Shown: positions 36,684 to 50,042, numbered from the whole stretch's first letter. The stretch: DNA of 62,140 nt, filler included, from Hausera hauseri (GCA_046269625.1; 12 parts of 12 records of this genome joined end to end with filler, not necessarily neighbours in it); one strand, 5' to 3'. A program made the numbers and translations. Notes: generated by a model not told the origin, from the sequence alone.

Positions 36684-39600
36684 CAACATTACTGATCCCT
36701 CAGCAAAAACTCGTAGTTTACTTAGCCTCTTACCAAACACAGTAAAGACTTCTCTTCACGACATTTTAAATATTTTTCAACAATACGACCCGTACACACA
36801 TCTCTACAACGCAGTCTTAAAACTTACCGAACCGTCTATGAATTCCATAATCCATAGATTCTTCAATGATAACGCAATGGAAACACAAAAGCCTTCTGAG
36901 TTCCTATGTACGTCGTTGGCTCACCTACAAACGCTAGGTGTAACTAGGCAGCATAATTTAGACCTTCTGCGACAATATTTCTTAAACGCGTTGCCTATAC
37001 AAATTAGGGCACTTCTTACCGTTGTCGAAGAATCTACGGCGTTGGATGAATTGGCGGATTTGTCTGATAAAACACATAAAGTGCTAAAATTGAATTCCCA
37101 ACCAATTATATCAGCAGCGGTCACAACAAGCGATAATCAACTCAATACAACAATAGAGCAACGGTTGAGCCAATTACGCGCTGAAAATTTAGCACTACAA
37201 CAGACAATAAATAATATTAATAATAGGTTGAACGATCTTTCATTACCGCGCCGAAGTGTTCCTATTTTTAATCGTACTCGTTCTGTTTCCCGAAACCGGT
37301 CACCATCGCTTACACGATCTTTTGTGTGCTATTATCATAGAAAATTTAATAATAAAGCTAATAAATGCTGTTTAGGGTGTAAATATTACACTCCAAATTT
37401 TCATTCAGACAAGATTGTTTGCATCTATCATGCAAAATTTGGATTTCACGCTCAGAAGTGTCTTTCAGGCTGCACCTATAAGAACAACGCTAACCACCCC
37501 AATGATAGGCGCTTTATTTTCTCTAGTAATAGTCGTCCGATCTCATCGATCCCAAAAGACTAATTTCGCCGCCAGTACTTACGGCAGAGTCACACAAATG
37601 CAACTTCTCTAATACTAACTGACGGCACACTTCTTTTGCAGTTTTTACACTAAAGGCTTCGATAACCACACCAACAACTCAATCCATAGATTTTCTTATT
37701 GACACAGATACTGCGGTTTCTTTGCTACCACTCACTTTCCCTGTACAAAATTCACCATTCCAAGCTAAATCATTATTTACGGCTTCAGGACAACCGCTTG
37801 ACATTTTAGATACCTCTAAATTATCGTTCACCTTACCATAATTCCATTCCCCATTTTATTGGACGTTTACCGTCGCTAATGTCCGCACAGCAATCCTGGG
37901 TTCCGATTTTTTATCCAACTATAATGTTTTAGTTCATTGCAAACAACAATGTCTGAAAAGTAACACTACTGGATACCTTACCAAGCAAATAAATAGTATA
38001 TCTGCTAAGGCGCAAACGATCTTCCCGCGGAAGTCTATACTAAAAAACTCTAACTAATCCAAATTTCTTCAACAAGCATTTTTCATTTCGTAAATTTTTT
38101 AATAATAGTATTGATATTCCGTCGAGATTTAGCTTTGACAACTACGATTTTGTTGGCTTGGTAAATTCACTGGACAAAATTACCTCTTTAAACACTATTT
38201 TTAATACTACTGCCTTACACCAAATTCCCCTTGATTTCAATAACTCGCAAACACCACGCGTCACTGCACATATTGACTAAACTCAACCACCACCCAATCT
38301 CTCCCAATTGCCTGTCAGTCTACGGCAATACATACACACTTCATGTCTCCCCTTAATCCAAAAGGACCGAATCTTCACACCTGCAAACAGCACTTTTCAC
38401 CACATCATAATGCAACACGAAAGACCTATTTGTCAAAAGGTACATCCATTGTAATTCCGTCCTAAGCAAGCTGTTGAAGCGGAATTTCTAGACCTTGAAC
38501 GCTCCGGCATTGTACGCAAATCTAAATCGGCGCGGTCTTCGCCTTTGCTAATTGTCCAAAAAAGGATAGATCTTTTCGATCATGAGGCGATTACCGTAAG
38601 TTAAACACTTTAAGTATTATTTATGCATATCCTTTACCACTAATTAAGGATATCCTGCACTGGCTCAATTCCACTACAAGATATTTAACTACAGACTTAG
38701 TCATGGTATATCATAAAATTCCTGTAGCACCTGACGACATCAAAAAACGGCTGTTACAAGACCTTTCGGCCTGTACGAATACATTTATATGCCTTTTGGT
38801 TTTCGCAGAGCCGCGTAGACCTTCCAACATTACATTGATTCCATTCTTTTGGAATTCACTTTCGCACACCCACATAGGCGATATCTTAATCGCTTCGCCT
38901 TCAGCCAAACAGCACGAAGAACACCTTCGTTCTATTTTCCAACGACCTAACCGTTATAATATACAAATTAATTTTATAAAATGTCACTTCTTCAAAAAGC
39001 GTATTAGCTTTCTCGGACACATCATTTCAGCAAATGGTCATTCTCCTCAGCCAGAACGTGTCGAAGCTCTCAAAAGCATACAACTACCTAGAACCACCAC
39101 AGATATGAGGAGCTTTTAGGGAACTTTACATTTTGTTCACAATATGTTCCATATTGTTCGGAACTCAGGGCGCATTTCGCACATTTGAGCAGTGGAAAAA
39201 AATATCAACCTATCCAATGGACACACGATTTGCTTGATAAGTTTGACAAACTGCTGAACTTATTCTCACCACAAACGCCTCAATCACGGCGGTAGGCGCT
39301 CTGTTACATCAGTTATACAAAGGCAAAAACCAACCACTCGAATTTTTTCTAGAAAATTATCACCACCAGAAACTAAGTATTCTACATTCGATTGAGAACT
39401 ACTGGCGATAGTTTTGGCCTTAAAACATTTCCCTCACTTACTCACAGTTTGCAGTTTTGTTATCCAAACTGACCACAAACCTTTAGTCAATATTATGTCT
39501 ATGAAACATCCGTCTACACGTCAAGAGCGACAAATATCTTACCTGTCAACTTTTAGCTTCAATATCAAATATATCAACGGGATTAATAATTTGGTCGCCT

Positions 39601-41114
39601 ATTTTTTATCTAGGACGGTTTGTTCGATCAATTTTTCACCAATCTTCTCTCAAGTACAACTCCGACAGAACCAGCCACCTCAGAATATACTTAATTTTTT
39701 TAAGTCTTACACAGCTGTTGACCGCGCGGCTCTAGACATTTCCAAACCAGATCATTCTGTAATAATTCTCGCACCACCTTTACAACGGCAAGCGTTTAAC
39801 ATTGTACATTTACTCTACTATACTGGTGCTAAGGCAACTTTTCGCTTACTCCACCGGCAAGTAATATGACCGACTATGCGTTATGATGTACAAGCGTGGG
39901 TTAAGGAATGCGTGGCTTGCCAGAAATTTAAAATCATCAAACATTTTAAGCCACCACTTTATCATTTCCTTTGAACATCACGTTTCGAGTCTGTTCATGT
40001 TGATCTCGTTGGCCCTCTTCCTCCTGACAATGGCCATCAGTTCATTTTGACCACGATAGATCGTTCCTCACGTTGGCCAGAAGCTGTCCCACTACGGAGC
40101 ACTAACACGGACACAGTAGCTGACATTTTCATATGCACGTGGATCAGCAGATTTGGATCCCTTAGATTCCTTATTACGGGCCAAGGTACTCAGTTTGAGT
40201 CCAATTTGTTTAAATCTCTCGTTAACCGATTAGTAATCAGCCATATTCACATATCACCGTATCACCCCCAATCGAATGGTCTTTTAGAGAAATTCCACAG
40301 AACACTAAAAACGTCACTGAAAATACTAGCAGAATCCAATAGCAGTTGGACTACTCTTCTTCCGTTGGTTCTTCTGGGTTGGCGTAACACGTCTTCTACT
40401 TCTACTTGTTGTTCACCTACGGAAGTCCTCTTCGGAACATCTGTACATTCATTATTTGAGTTGACTGACTTGGAAGATGCACCTACAGACAAAGCTATCC
40501 GAACGGTACAGAATCATTTCGTCTCAGTCAGTAAAGATTCATACTGCAGGATTATAAATAACAATAAAACGTACCTACCGGAGGATCTATATTCGGCAAA
40601 GTTCGCCTGGCTGAGAAATCAGACGCCGTGTGGTTTTCAACCACGGTATTTGGCACCTTACAAACTCATTTAATTGCATTCTCATAATGCCATTATCTCC
40701 AAGGATGACCAGGAACTAGCGGTGCATATCAACAACGTCAAGCCCACCTTTTTCGTAGACGATACCACTCAAATTAAATCTTCCACCTCCTTACTGACTT
40801 TTCTGACTTTTCTTCTTCAGTTCTTCCACCACCTGCACGCTTTCAAACGCCGACTACTACTTCCACTCCTTTACCAGAAACTACCTCAAACTTCCTTGCT
40901 ACTAACCTTCCAACCTTTCCTTCCATTCCTCCTACATCCACTTCCCCGGCTACCCTTTTGCCCCAGAACAACACAACACCTCCAACGATGAAATTCGACA
41001 CCGTCCTTCCTCCATCAATCCCACAACCAAATTCGAAAACCTGAAAAAATCGCAAATCTGTCACATTCAGTACTTACAATAAAGTACTAAATACCGAAAG
41101 GAGTACAACGTCTC
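36684..41114 (+). mobile_element. Gypsy gag-pol, near full length, degraded (Ubl-Gag family)
   Basis: Gag 36838-37563 with CYYHRKF..KCCLGC and CIYHAKF..KCLSGC, then FLIDT, HIGDIL, TDHKPL, SRWPEAVP, YHPQSNGLLEKFH and a pyrimidine-rich tail. Confidence 0.93.
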
Positions 41115-41214
41115 NNNNNNNNNNNNNNNNNNNNNNNNNNNNNNNNNNNNNNNNNNNNTTAATTAATTAANNNNNNNNNNNNNNNNNNNNNNNNNNNNNN
41201 NNNNNNNNNNNNNN

Positions 41215-41820
41215 GTGGTAGAAACAAGTCATGCGTCCGCCAGGTGAAATGGACCGAGAAGAGTGCATTGAAGTGCTTCGCTCCCGTGAACATCTGGTTT
41301 CGCTTCATCGAGGCCCATTAAGATTATTTAGTTGGGTAGTAATGGCCAAAACTGATTGTTGTAGCATGTCAAACTGTTGCTGCATCATTTGCAATTGTTG
41401 AGTAATGAATGTTGTATCTGTAGTTGGAGCACATGTGGTTGCAGCAGCAACAGAGTGAAAACTGTTAGTATGAAGAATCTCAAAGGATTTGTCACCCGAG
41501 CAGGATAGATTTGTATCCGATCCACCCCGGAGGCGAAAATGGAGCATAAGGTGGATGACTGGACGTTCTTGGCATACGAAAGACAAGAGTGAGTCTACGG
41601 GATGTACTGTTATACCTCCATGTGTGAAATAGAAATTGGCAGTGTCGAATGAGTAGAATAGAGAGGTGTATAGTAGCTGCGCCGTGAAATTGAGTGGAGT
41701 CTTAATGGTCGTTATGTATTTATTGTTATTGAAGATAAGGAAGGAGAGTTGCAGTGAAGCAATTCCAGGAGAATGGTAAAATGCAAAAGGAACTTGTGCG
41801 GTTTGCTTCCGTGTTACCAA
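41215..41820 (-). mobile_element. Ubl-Gag fragment with an internal deletion of the capsid region
   Basis: VIHLMLHFRLRGG/SDT (GG ends at 41521) is joined to DKSFEILHTNS..VAAA, a coiled coil and RSISP..TCFYH, which are homologous to the Gag C-terminal half. Confidence 0.8.
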
Positions 41821-41993
41821 GAGATATGGACGTGCAGCCGGGATAGCTGTGGTAAGTGATTATTGGAGTAAAGGAGTATCCAAAGACATTAGGCTAACAA
41901 ACCTTTTAACGTAAAAAATGGTGTGAGCTATGAAGGGTTTGCAAATGCAAAGGACATGGTCGCACCGGTGGGAATAAATCAGTAAAAAGAACC

Positions 41994-44170
41994 TCACCCA
42001 CCTGTGTTTGAATATCTGAGTCCTGGATGTCGAATTTGACCACATCTCAAGTGTTTTCTCCAGTGGATCATCCTTGTTGACAAATGGATGCCGGTTTCGT
42101 CGACATCCCTCGAACATTGGTTCTCTCTTTTGGTAAATATATTGTTGTTGAGAGACTTTAAGAGGATATTCTGAAACGTTTTATCGAAAAGCGATCCAAG
42201 CTTTTCACTCAGCAATTCAACAAAACCTAGCTTGTCTTTGACAATTACCATACGATCGGCAAATACTGGGAAATTTTCATGTATCCACAATCTTATCAGA
42301 GAATTTTTTGTGTCGTGATAATTCTTATTTGCTCGAAGCATACCTTGGAATATTTTACTTTTGTCTCGCAAGTTCAATAAATAATGAATTTTCGTTGTGT
42401 CGTCCAAATTACTGCGTTTTTCTTTCGGTTCTTTACAGGCAATTGATTGAGCAAGTTTAGTAATCTCAAACTCTTTTAATTTTTCTTCAATGTTCGAGTC
42501 TGAAATTATTGATAAATTATCATCAGTTTTACTTAATGTTCGAATTTTATAATCATCAGCCATGTTAGCTGATTTCTTCGATTTCTTAGACATTTGCCCC
42601 TTTTTACATTTATTACCATCAAATCCAGGAATATCAACTGGTTCGAAAGTTAAAGAGGCAATCGGTTGATCGCTTTTTTGTACTTTAAAAAACTATTATT
42701 CGAATAATTATTTGGTCGACCTTTCGATTTTTTGGAATTAATCCACTGATTGTTTTTGCTATTATTGTTGTTGTGATTTGGTGGATTATTCTGATTGATA
42801 GTGGATGACATATTTTCTTGGTTACAGCTGAGCTTCTGTTTGTTTGAATTCGAGACATTTCTCGATTGATGTTTTAATATCATTGTCAAATTTCCATTTA
42901 GTAAGATTATTGACCGGTTTTATAATATTTTGAGTTTCCGGTTTACAAATGATTTTGTAATTGGTTTCCAATTTCGGTTTCAGAGATGTTTTGATTTGTA
43001 ATATGATTTACTGATCGGAAAAACCATTGAATTAACATAAAGAGAATGCCACGTTTTCGTTTCTTTTTATGTTGAATACTATTAGATGTAATCGAACAAG
43101 AATCGGTGATACATGCATCACCGGATATGCTTCTACCACAGTAAGATTGTAAAGCGTCATTTTCATCATACTGTTTCTCATCGTGTTTCTTACACGAATT
43201 AAATCGTTTTACCAAAACAGAATCATTGTGACGATTGTAATACGATAAGTAATCAGCATTGAACGTTTTTGTCGTATTATTATTAATGGATTGATTTTGG
43301 GAAAAGAATGGTGATGCTCTATTGAAAAGATTTCTTGAGTCATTGACTCTCTCGTTTGATGAAACTGGATATGTTCCAGCAGCGACAGAACTTAAATGGC
43401 GATATATTACATTGCTCGTAAAAATTCTATCTGCCTCATAATACGACATCAGAATGGTGGCATACATAAAAAATATCAGAACGACAACAAACATGTACCA
43501 AATTAGAATTTCACTGTCAGGATGGGCTAACGATTGGCTACATCTATGTAACATATGTGCGGAAACAGAAGCATGAACTGTTATGTTATATCGTTTTTCA
43601 TTAAGACCAGTGTAAATTTGTGATTGCTGTACGACTTTATGCAAACTGAAGTCAGGTGTAAAAATAATCTCTAACTTCAATGTTTCATTCACTGGCAACT
43701 TATCCGTTACATTCGACTATTTAAAATTTATAGCCGGCACCAAAAATTTTCACCTTTATTTTCAACGTCGGTCTTTACATTTTCAAGAATAATTGGAATA
43801 GATGTATCTTAACGGTTATTCCGAATATTGTTGATATTCAATTGTTGTCGGCGTAACGACTGGACCTAACTGAAATCCTGAAATGAAAACAGGAATTTTT
43901 CCCACCTTTTTTATTACAAAAGGTCATCGAACGGTAAAACTGGGAATTCCTTTTGATTGGGCTATATCACAATTTTTGAGATGTTTTTCGGTCAATTCAA
44001 AATGCAACTCTAATAACTCTTCCTGATTATTACCATTTTGGAATGAAAGTTCACCCAATATGCCTTCGCCTTCTATTAAAATGTTTTTGATACTGGTAAT
44101 ATTGTTTCGCAAAATTAGCAGCGTTTTTAAGGTTTTATTTAAATTTGCATGACTAGGATTAAAATATATT
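41994..44170 (-). pseudogene. TMEM131: TMEM131-like protein, C-terminal part, apparently intronless and degraded
   Basis: ILRNNIT..IEGEG, LHFELTEKHLKNC, PSFTVR, IIFTPDFS..V, ASVSAHMLHRCSQSLAHPDSE, a TM segment, then SYYEADRI. The 3' limit is uncertain. Confidence 0.85.
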
Positions 44171-44300
44171 TGGACTTTACGCTGCTTAAATCCTTGAGTC
44201 GGAAGATCGGGTCCGACTATGGGCCCGACGCGGCGGCAAATGACTCCCGTCCGTGTCCAACCAAATGGGCCAAAGGGCACAGGCCTCTGTGGGCACCACA
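44171..44300 (-). repeat. Short GC-rich 3' LTR (130 bp) after a polypurine tract
   Basis: GGGAGGGGAGTGA, then TGTGGTGCCC...AAAGTCCA; matches 7315-7445. Confidence 0.7.
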
Positions 44301-44382
44301 TCACTCCCCTCCCGTGTCAAAGAGAAAACTATGAAGATTAAAACAGACGGAAAGAAACGCGCTAAACGAAAAAGGGTATGTG

Positions 44383-45564
44383 TCAGTTGGTCTTAGTGTG
44401 AACAAAACGTTGGATGCCTTTTGCTGTTTTTTTTCCTGCTATACTTACTAAATGTGGCTCTGCGTGTTTTGTCTTTATGCAGTGTGTTTGCTTGCAGAGT
44501 TTGAAGTAGGAAAAAAATTGTCGGATTTTGTTGTGAGTATTGTGTCGTGCTAAGATGAGTCAGAATAAATAGAAGAAGAAGGTGAAGGAGGAAGTGAGGT
44601 TGTTCGAGACAGATGGTTAAAGGTGTTCAAGAGAGTGTTGGAAGACAAAGGACTGAAAAGAGGTAGAGTAGCGGATGAAAGAGGAGAGACGACAAGTGGC
44701 GTAGGAATTGAAATGGTATTAGGTGAGAGAGTAGAAGTAGAGGATGAAATAGAGGTAGTAGTAGAGAGAGAAAGAGAGATAGAGATAGGAGTAGAGAGAA
44801 AAGAAAGTTGCGAAGCGGAAATGAAAGGAGTAAAAGACAATGTGCGAGGAGAAAGGGAGGAAGCGAGCGCCGAAGATGAGGAAGGTGTGGAAGGCGAAAG
44901 AGAGAGAGAGAGAAAAGACTGCGAAGAGGGACAAAACAGAAGAGAGCAAGAAGATGGAGAGATTGGCAAAGTCGAAGTGGTGTTTGGCGGAGAAGGTCTT
45001 GTAAAAGGAAAAAGCAGGTTTTCACCAGGAGATGAAGGAGGTGTGAAAAGGCTTGAAGGTGCAAAATCAGATGTAGGAAAAGAGGCTAAACTGTCAGAAA
45101 AAATTGAAGTAGAAGTCTGGGGAGAAAACGTAGGGGCAAGTGGATTAAAGAATTCAGCAGAGATGAAAGGTGAATTGTTGGATTGCTGCGCGTCGTGTAA
45201 AGATGTTGGTGGAGAAGTGGTTTCGATGGGAGACGTGTCGTCAATAAAGAAAGCCGGTTTAGTGTTGTTGATGTGGACTGTTACTTCTTTGTCGTCCTTG
45301 AGGATGATGATGTTGTGGGAGTGTAAACAAACAACTTTGTAAGGACCGACATACGGAGGTTGAAAACCACACGGCGTCTGATTCTTTAGCCATACGAACT
45401 TTGCAGTATATAAATCGTCGGGTATGTAAGGTTTATTTCCGTGTAATAGTCTACAAAATGAGTATTTTCTGATCCCAATGAAGTGTGTCTGTGCCGCTTG
45501 TATGGTTTCGTCTGTAGGAATATTGTACAGCTCAGTGATCTGGAATAATGATCTGATGGAAGTG
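44383..45564 (-). mobile_element. Gypsy integrase C-terminus with a CT-rich tail
   Basis: Close nucleotide homolog of about 5994-7234 (PYVGPYKV, VHINNTKP, GIQRFVHTKTN*). Confidence 0.9.
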
Positions 45565-46285
45565 NNNNNNNNNNNNNNNNNNNNNNNNNNNNNNNNNNNN
45601 NNNNNNNNTTAATTAATTAANNNNNNNNNNNNNNNNNNNNNNNNNNNNNNNNNNNNNNNNNNNNAGCATTGTCTTATTTTTAGCTTTATAGTCTTTTATA
45701 TATCTAGCACGCAAGCCATAGACTCGCCATGGCAAGTACAAATGACGACATTCCACACTGTGTTACAGATTTGTTACCCCATGCCAGTTTTCACTCGCTT
45801 ATTCACGCCTAAATTGAACAACTAATCTGCTTTAAGCTGCCTCAAACGTCTACGGCAGCATGGGAGAAATCTGAAAAGACAAAAGCAGAACAGCGGAAAC
45901 ATGCTAGAGAAGATTATGATGTGAAATCTTCATCTCGGGGGCACAATCCCCTCCCACATTTCCCAAGAAGATTCGAGTCACATTGGACTCACCAGTCATC
46001 TTCATACTCATACAAGTAGATCAGCTTATTACACATTCCTTACCTGGATGGATAGAGAGTAGTATAGGAGGCACAAAATGAGACTTATTTCAGGCGTTAA
46101 ATGGCAGTTGATAAGAAAATATTCAAGTGCAAGATGGCGGCGGGTAAGGGGAGATAAGAAAATATTCAGGTCACGATAGCCGTTTTTATATTTACATTGT
46201 TTTATTTACATTAAAATTTACAAAGCTTTTCAAGTTTAGGTCTATTGTGTTTCTTCTTTTTCTGTAAAGGTTCGGCTTGTGTGGA

Positions 46286-46767
46286 TTAGTCGTGGAGCGG
46301 TGCATGTAACTGTTCATCTGATGTGCTTTGCGCAGATCGATCAAAGGACGATATGAAGTTCTGCAAATAAGTGTTTGATGGGCTTTGCGTAGATTCGTCA
46401 AAGTTCTGTAATGGGTAGGTTTCCCTAGAAGTGTCAACCAACAACATAATGTTCTGTAGAGGTTCGATTTGCGTGGACCTGTCGGTTAAAGGCTCTCGTC
46501 CTGGAACATCCTTTGGTTCTGTCATTATGTACTTGACGGTAGATAAAACGTCACTCTGCAAGGCGACGAGTTGTTCAAATTCTTCACGGGTTAGTGAGAT
46601 GCCGGTTTTTGTTGGGTACTTTTGTCGCTTTCACCAAAGTATCTCCTAATATATATCAACACTGTATTTCTATACAGGGAAACCATAACCAATTTTGCCG
46701 GCCCTATCGATTTTACTAGCACATCATCACTGGTCATGTAAACATAGTTATCAAACCTCGTAAACAT
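46286..46767 (-). pseudogene. PC4/SUB1-like ssDNA-binding protein (frameshifted)
   Basis: SIGPAKLVMVSLYRNTVLIYIRRYFGESDK/KYPTKTGISLTREEFEQL aligns with PC4 [41 protein letters not shown]. Confidence 0.8.
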
Positions 46768-46849
46768 TTTGAAGCAAAAAGACCCCTGGGTGTGTGAGTT
46801 ACTTAGATACCATTATAACCGGTTGAAACTGGTTTTTATTACGTCATAG

Positions 46850-47330
46850 TTATTTATAGAACAAATTCAAACTGTTTTTATGTAGCCAATATTGGACCAG
46901 ACGCCAAACGATTCTGTCGTTGGCGTGCTGTCTCGTAGATGTAAAAGGCATGAGGGCGCATTGCATGGATCCCCCTCTGGTTTTAATCAGGATGAAATAC
47001 ATGATGTAGAGTCCACACATTTTACTGAACATATCTTGTAAGGGTCACGCATTGTAGATGACAGATATATCAGAGTTACATTAAATAAAATATCTGCGTG
47101 CAGCAGTGGAAACCCTAATGAATCAAAATAGTAAATGTTCTGACACCGTCGTAGTACAAAGCTTCCCATTGCGTTTTGGGACGATTGCAGGGATCCGCAT
47201 TTATGAGGAAGGTTGTTGGCTTCTTTGGATCGACGCGTTTAGGTAGCATATCGAAGGGTAAGACTTTGACAAGATGTCATCGAACGAAAATGTCAGATTG
47301 TAAAATGTTACATATTTTTTCAGTGTAATC
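46850..47330 (-). pseudogene. Adenain-like cysteine protease (peptidase C5 type)
   Basis: FLINADPCNRPKTQW (catalytic His lost), YYFDSLG and CGLYIMYF. Confidence 0.8.
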
Positions 47331-48321
47331 CAGTAACATTTCAATTATAGAGTCTTGTTCAGTGTACACCATGACTTGTAAGGGATCCAGTGTTGCGGAG
47401 GAAAATTTAAACTCTAATGAAAGAGGTCCGTTTTTCACGAGTTCAAACTGGTCACCATCTGAAAGACTGGGACTTAAATCGAAAGCATAAAGGACGTAAC
47501 CATTTTTTAAAATTTCTGTAGTCGACATCACAACCAGCATGATTACCAATCAGATGCATAGCTAGATTGGTTCAAAAAATGCTCTGGTGTAATAGTTATA
47601 TTCAGAATCCGCCGTTCACGGTTTCCCCGTGGCCGTTCGCTCATCGATGATAACATTCAAATATGTCAAAAGTTGAACGGATTATTTTTGTAGGTACCGT
47701 TAAAGGCTGAGAAATTAACTATTCCGACCATGATGCGTGTGGGCGTTTGACTGAGGAAAAGGTTATCTTGAATGTGCAACAACATTCCTTTGGGGACAGT
47801 GTCTTTAGTGAAATACGCTATTATGGGATATTTCACATTCACAGTACTTAAGGTCTTTTCATGGGCTAGAGAGATGGCTGGATTTATTTGGCTTTCCTGA
47901 CCACCAGGACGGTGTACATTATAGTTGATTTATAATCGATTGCTGGATCATCGGCTGTAAGGTTGAACACGTTCATGGACAGGGTGAGTTTTATTTTCAC
48001 GTCCACCCCGTTCAGCAAGTATCAGTCTTGAGCAAAAATGTCAGGTAATTCTTGACTGCGGTGACAGCTGCATCATCAGGTATGTTGTTGCCGTCGGCTA
48101 AAACGACTTTGGCTCTCACTTGAAAAATGGTATTAAGCTAATCTAGATAATCTTCGCCGTTTCCAGATATTATAAATTCTATGGGCGCCCTAGATGAGAG
48201 AGAAGCAAAAGGGTAAATTTCCACAAACTGTCCTACCTCTGCAGCTGTTTGTGTCAGGGGTACGCTATATAAATCTAAACCAGAATGAAGGCATTCGCAC
48301 GAGCTGAGGTGAATCAGACAT
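47330..48321 (-). pseudogene. Polinton major capsid protein (double jelly-roll), internally deleted
   Basis: SCECLHSGLDLYSVPLTQ, PIEFIISGNGEDYLD, YLLNGVDVKIKL, AFNGTYKNNPFNF and GYVLYAFDLSP..GPLSLEFKF. Confidence 0.88.
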
Positions 48322-48329
48322 TATTAAAA

Positions 48330-48795
48330 ATAAAGATGTCTGAATACGTCCTTCCTCGGTTTTTCTTGGACTCGGTATGAGAACTACTCGGTGTGACCGC
48401 CAGTTGGTGCGACCTTTTACTAACGGGTTTACCTGGTGAGCGGCTTTTCTTTTACATCAAATGTCACTACTCGATTGGTTGCCAGCCACATGGTCCACCA
48501 CTCCTTTCAGCATTCTCTGTCCCATGGCTTAGGCTTGGTCTCTAAAGGATTCTCCTATATATCCACTGGCTAAAGCGTCCTGGGCAACTTGCAAACCCAT
48601 ACCAATGCCTTCCATGAGTAGGGCTTTGCCTCCAGTCTTTAGCCATGGGTGGACCATTTGGCCCAAGCCGCTAAAGAAACTTCCAATCCATCTCCCACCA
48701 ACAAAAACTGGAATCCCTTCTCCAGCTTGACTGCTGCAAAAGTCTTCATATACCTCGGTGTTTTGATGTACAAGGGTGTGTATGACCATCTTCAT
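48330..48795 (-). pseudogene. Polinton core / pX-like amphipathic protein
   Basis: YEDFCSSQAGEGIPVFVG..IGSFFSGLGQMVHPWLKTGGKALL with a basic tail; lies between penton and MCP. Confidence 0.65.
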
Positions 48796-48799
48796 TGGA

Positions 48800-49510
48800 A
48801 ATCGAAATGTCTCCTTTTTTTGTAATGTCACCACCGATGTTCCGCTCATAAATGAAATACCTTTACCTTGATCGTCGGATAAAAGCACTTCTACCCTATT
48901 GATAGAAAACCTATTCATGGGTAAATAGTGAGGTTTGTCATAAATCCGGATGACGGATGTCAAAGTTCTGTCCAAAACTGGAATCGTCCGTAACAAAGGG
49001 AATATAACATCTCCTACAGGTCTGGCGTCCACTAAATCGCAGTACACGTACCTAGTAGAAGGGGGTCACTGGCCGTTATATGGTATTTTGGCAATCCAAG
49101 TATATGTTTCAACTTTTCTCTAATTCTAATGTCCGTACCCGACTCGAATATTTCCAGTAAAATAGTTTTCTGGAGTTTGCGGTAATGTATTTTTAATGGT
49201 ACCGATTCGTTGCCTGATACAGGTAGCATAAGAAGTCTGTTTAATTCGTCAAAAATACTATCATGGGTATTGTAGAGTCCAGGACGTGATTTTAAACGGT
49301 GGCTTGGTGTTGCTATTGTGTAGAATGTAATTTATCCACACTTCGTCCTTTTAGATATTAAAATATCTGTTTGGGAATTGCATTTCTGCCAAATTCACTT
49401 TGTAATTGGAAGTCTATGGTTTACAGTAGTTTCGCGTAAAAGTGACCAGCTTTGTTATCTGGAAAAGTCGACAAGGATGCATTGCTGGGTAGCATCACAT
49501 AGAAACTCAT
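48800..49510 (-). pseudogene. Polinton minor capsid (penton) protein
   Basis: MSFYVMLPSNAS..FPDN, YCDLVDARPVGDVIFPLLRTIP and PHYLPM..IEV-like LLSDDQG..F..GTSVVTL. Confidence 0.82.
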
Positions 49511-49776
49511 TGTCGCGTCTCTACCTTTGGGTTAAGAAACATGTACCCCAGACAACTCGACAGCATGACAGTCCACAACTTTCCTTCGTGTGCATCTCCA
49601 CTTCCTCTGGTCAGATTGAATAGCAACACTCCGATAAACACGTATATAACCAACATCTGAGAGATGAAGATGACCTCTACCCGAGGGAGTAGTTTACCAA
49701 ACAACAATGAGACTGGTCTCTCTCTTCACTGTTATTCAAAAACTATAGTTTCCACGGTGGCTTCTTCTGCAGACAT
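49507..49776 (-). pseudogene. Small two-TM Polinton membrane protein
   Basis: EVIFISQMLVIYVFIGVLLFNLT..LWTVMLSSCLGYMFLNP; directly upstream of penton. Confidence 0.6.
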
Positions 49777-50042
49777 AGTAGTCTTTATATCTCAAGATGT
49801 GTTTGCCTGAAATCCAACTATTTAATGATGAATTATAACAATAGAATTTCACTAAATATTCGTTACCACACGCCGTTCGCCTTTCTTGTATAATGCTATT
49901 GATTCAATAAACTTGTTTGTCTCCGACTTTCTGCTACTCTTCNNNNNNNNNNNNNNNNNNNNNNNNNNNNNNNNNNNNNNNNNNNNTTAATTAATTAANN
50001 NNNNNNNNNNNNNNNNNNNNNNNNNNNNNNNNNNNNNNNNNN

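Larger units (their letters stand above)
46058..49942 (-). mobile_element. Polinton/adintovirus-like element: virion module and probable terminus
   Basis: Gene order is TM protein, penton, pX, MCP, adenain, PC4. AGTAGT at 46058 is followed by a GATAAGAAAATATTCA direct repeat (46110, 46153) and CAAGATGGCGGC, as expected of a TIR. Confidence 0.88.

Noticed and set aside
14600-40000. Many nonsense codons consistent with C>T or G>A changes (possible RIP- or APOBEC-like editing)
   Set aside because: Ordinary transition bias explains this unless a context-specific count against a consensus shows otherwise, and I could not compute that
44623-45342. Long antisense Glu/Arg/Gly-rich ORF (also 6769-7470 minus)
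   Set aside because: The GA-rich strand of the CT-rich integrase tail has few T's and so few stops, and the ORF limits differ between copies
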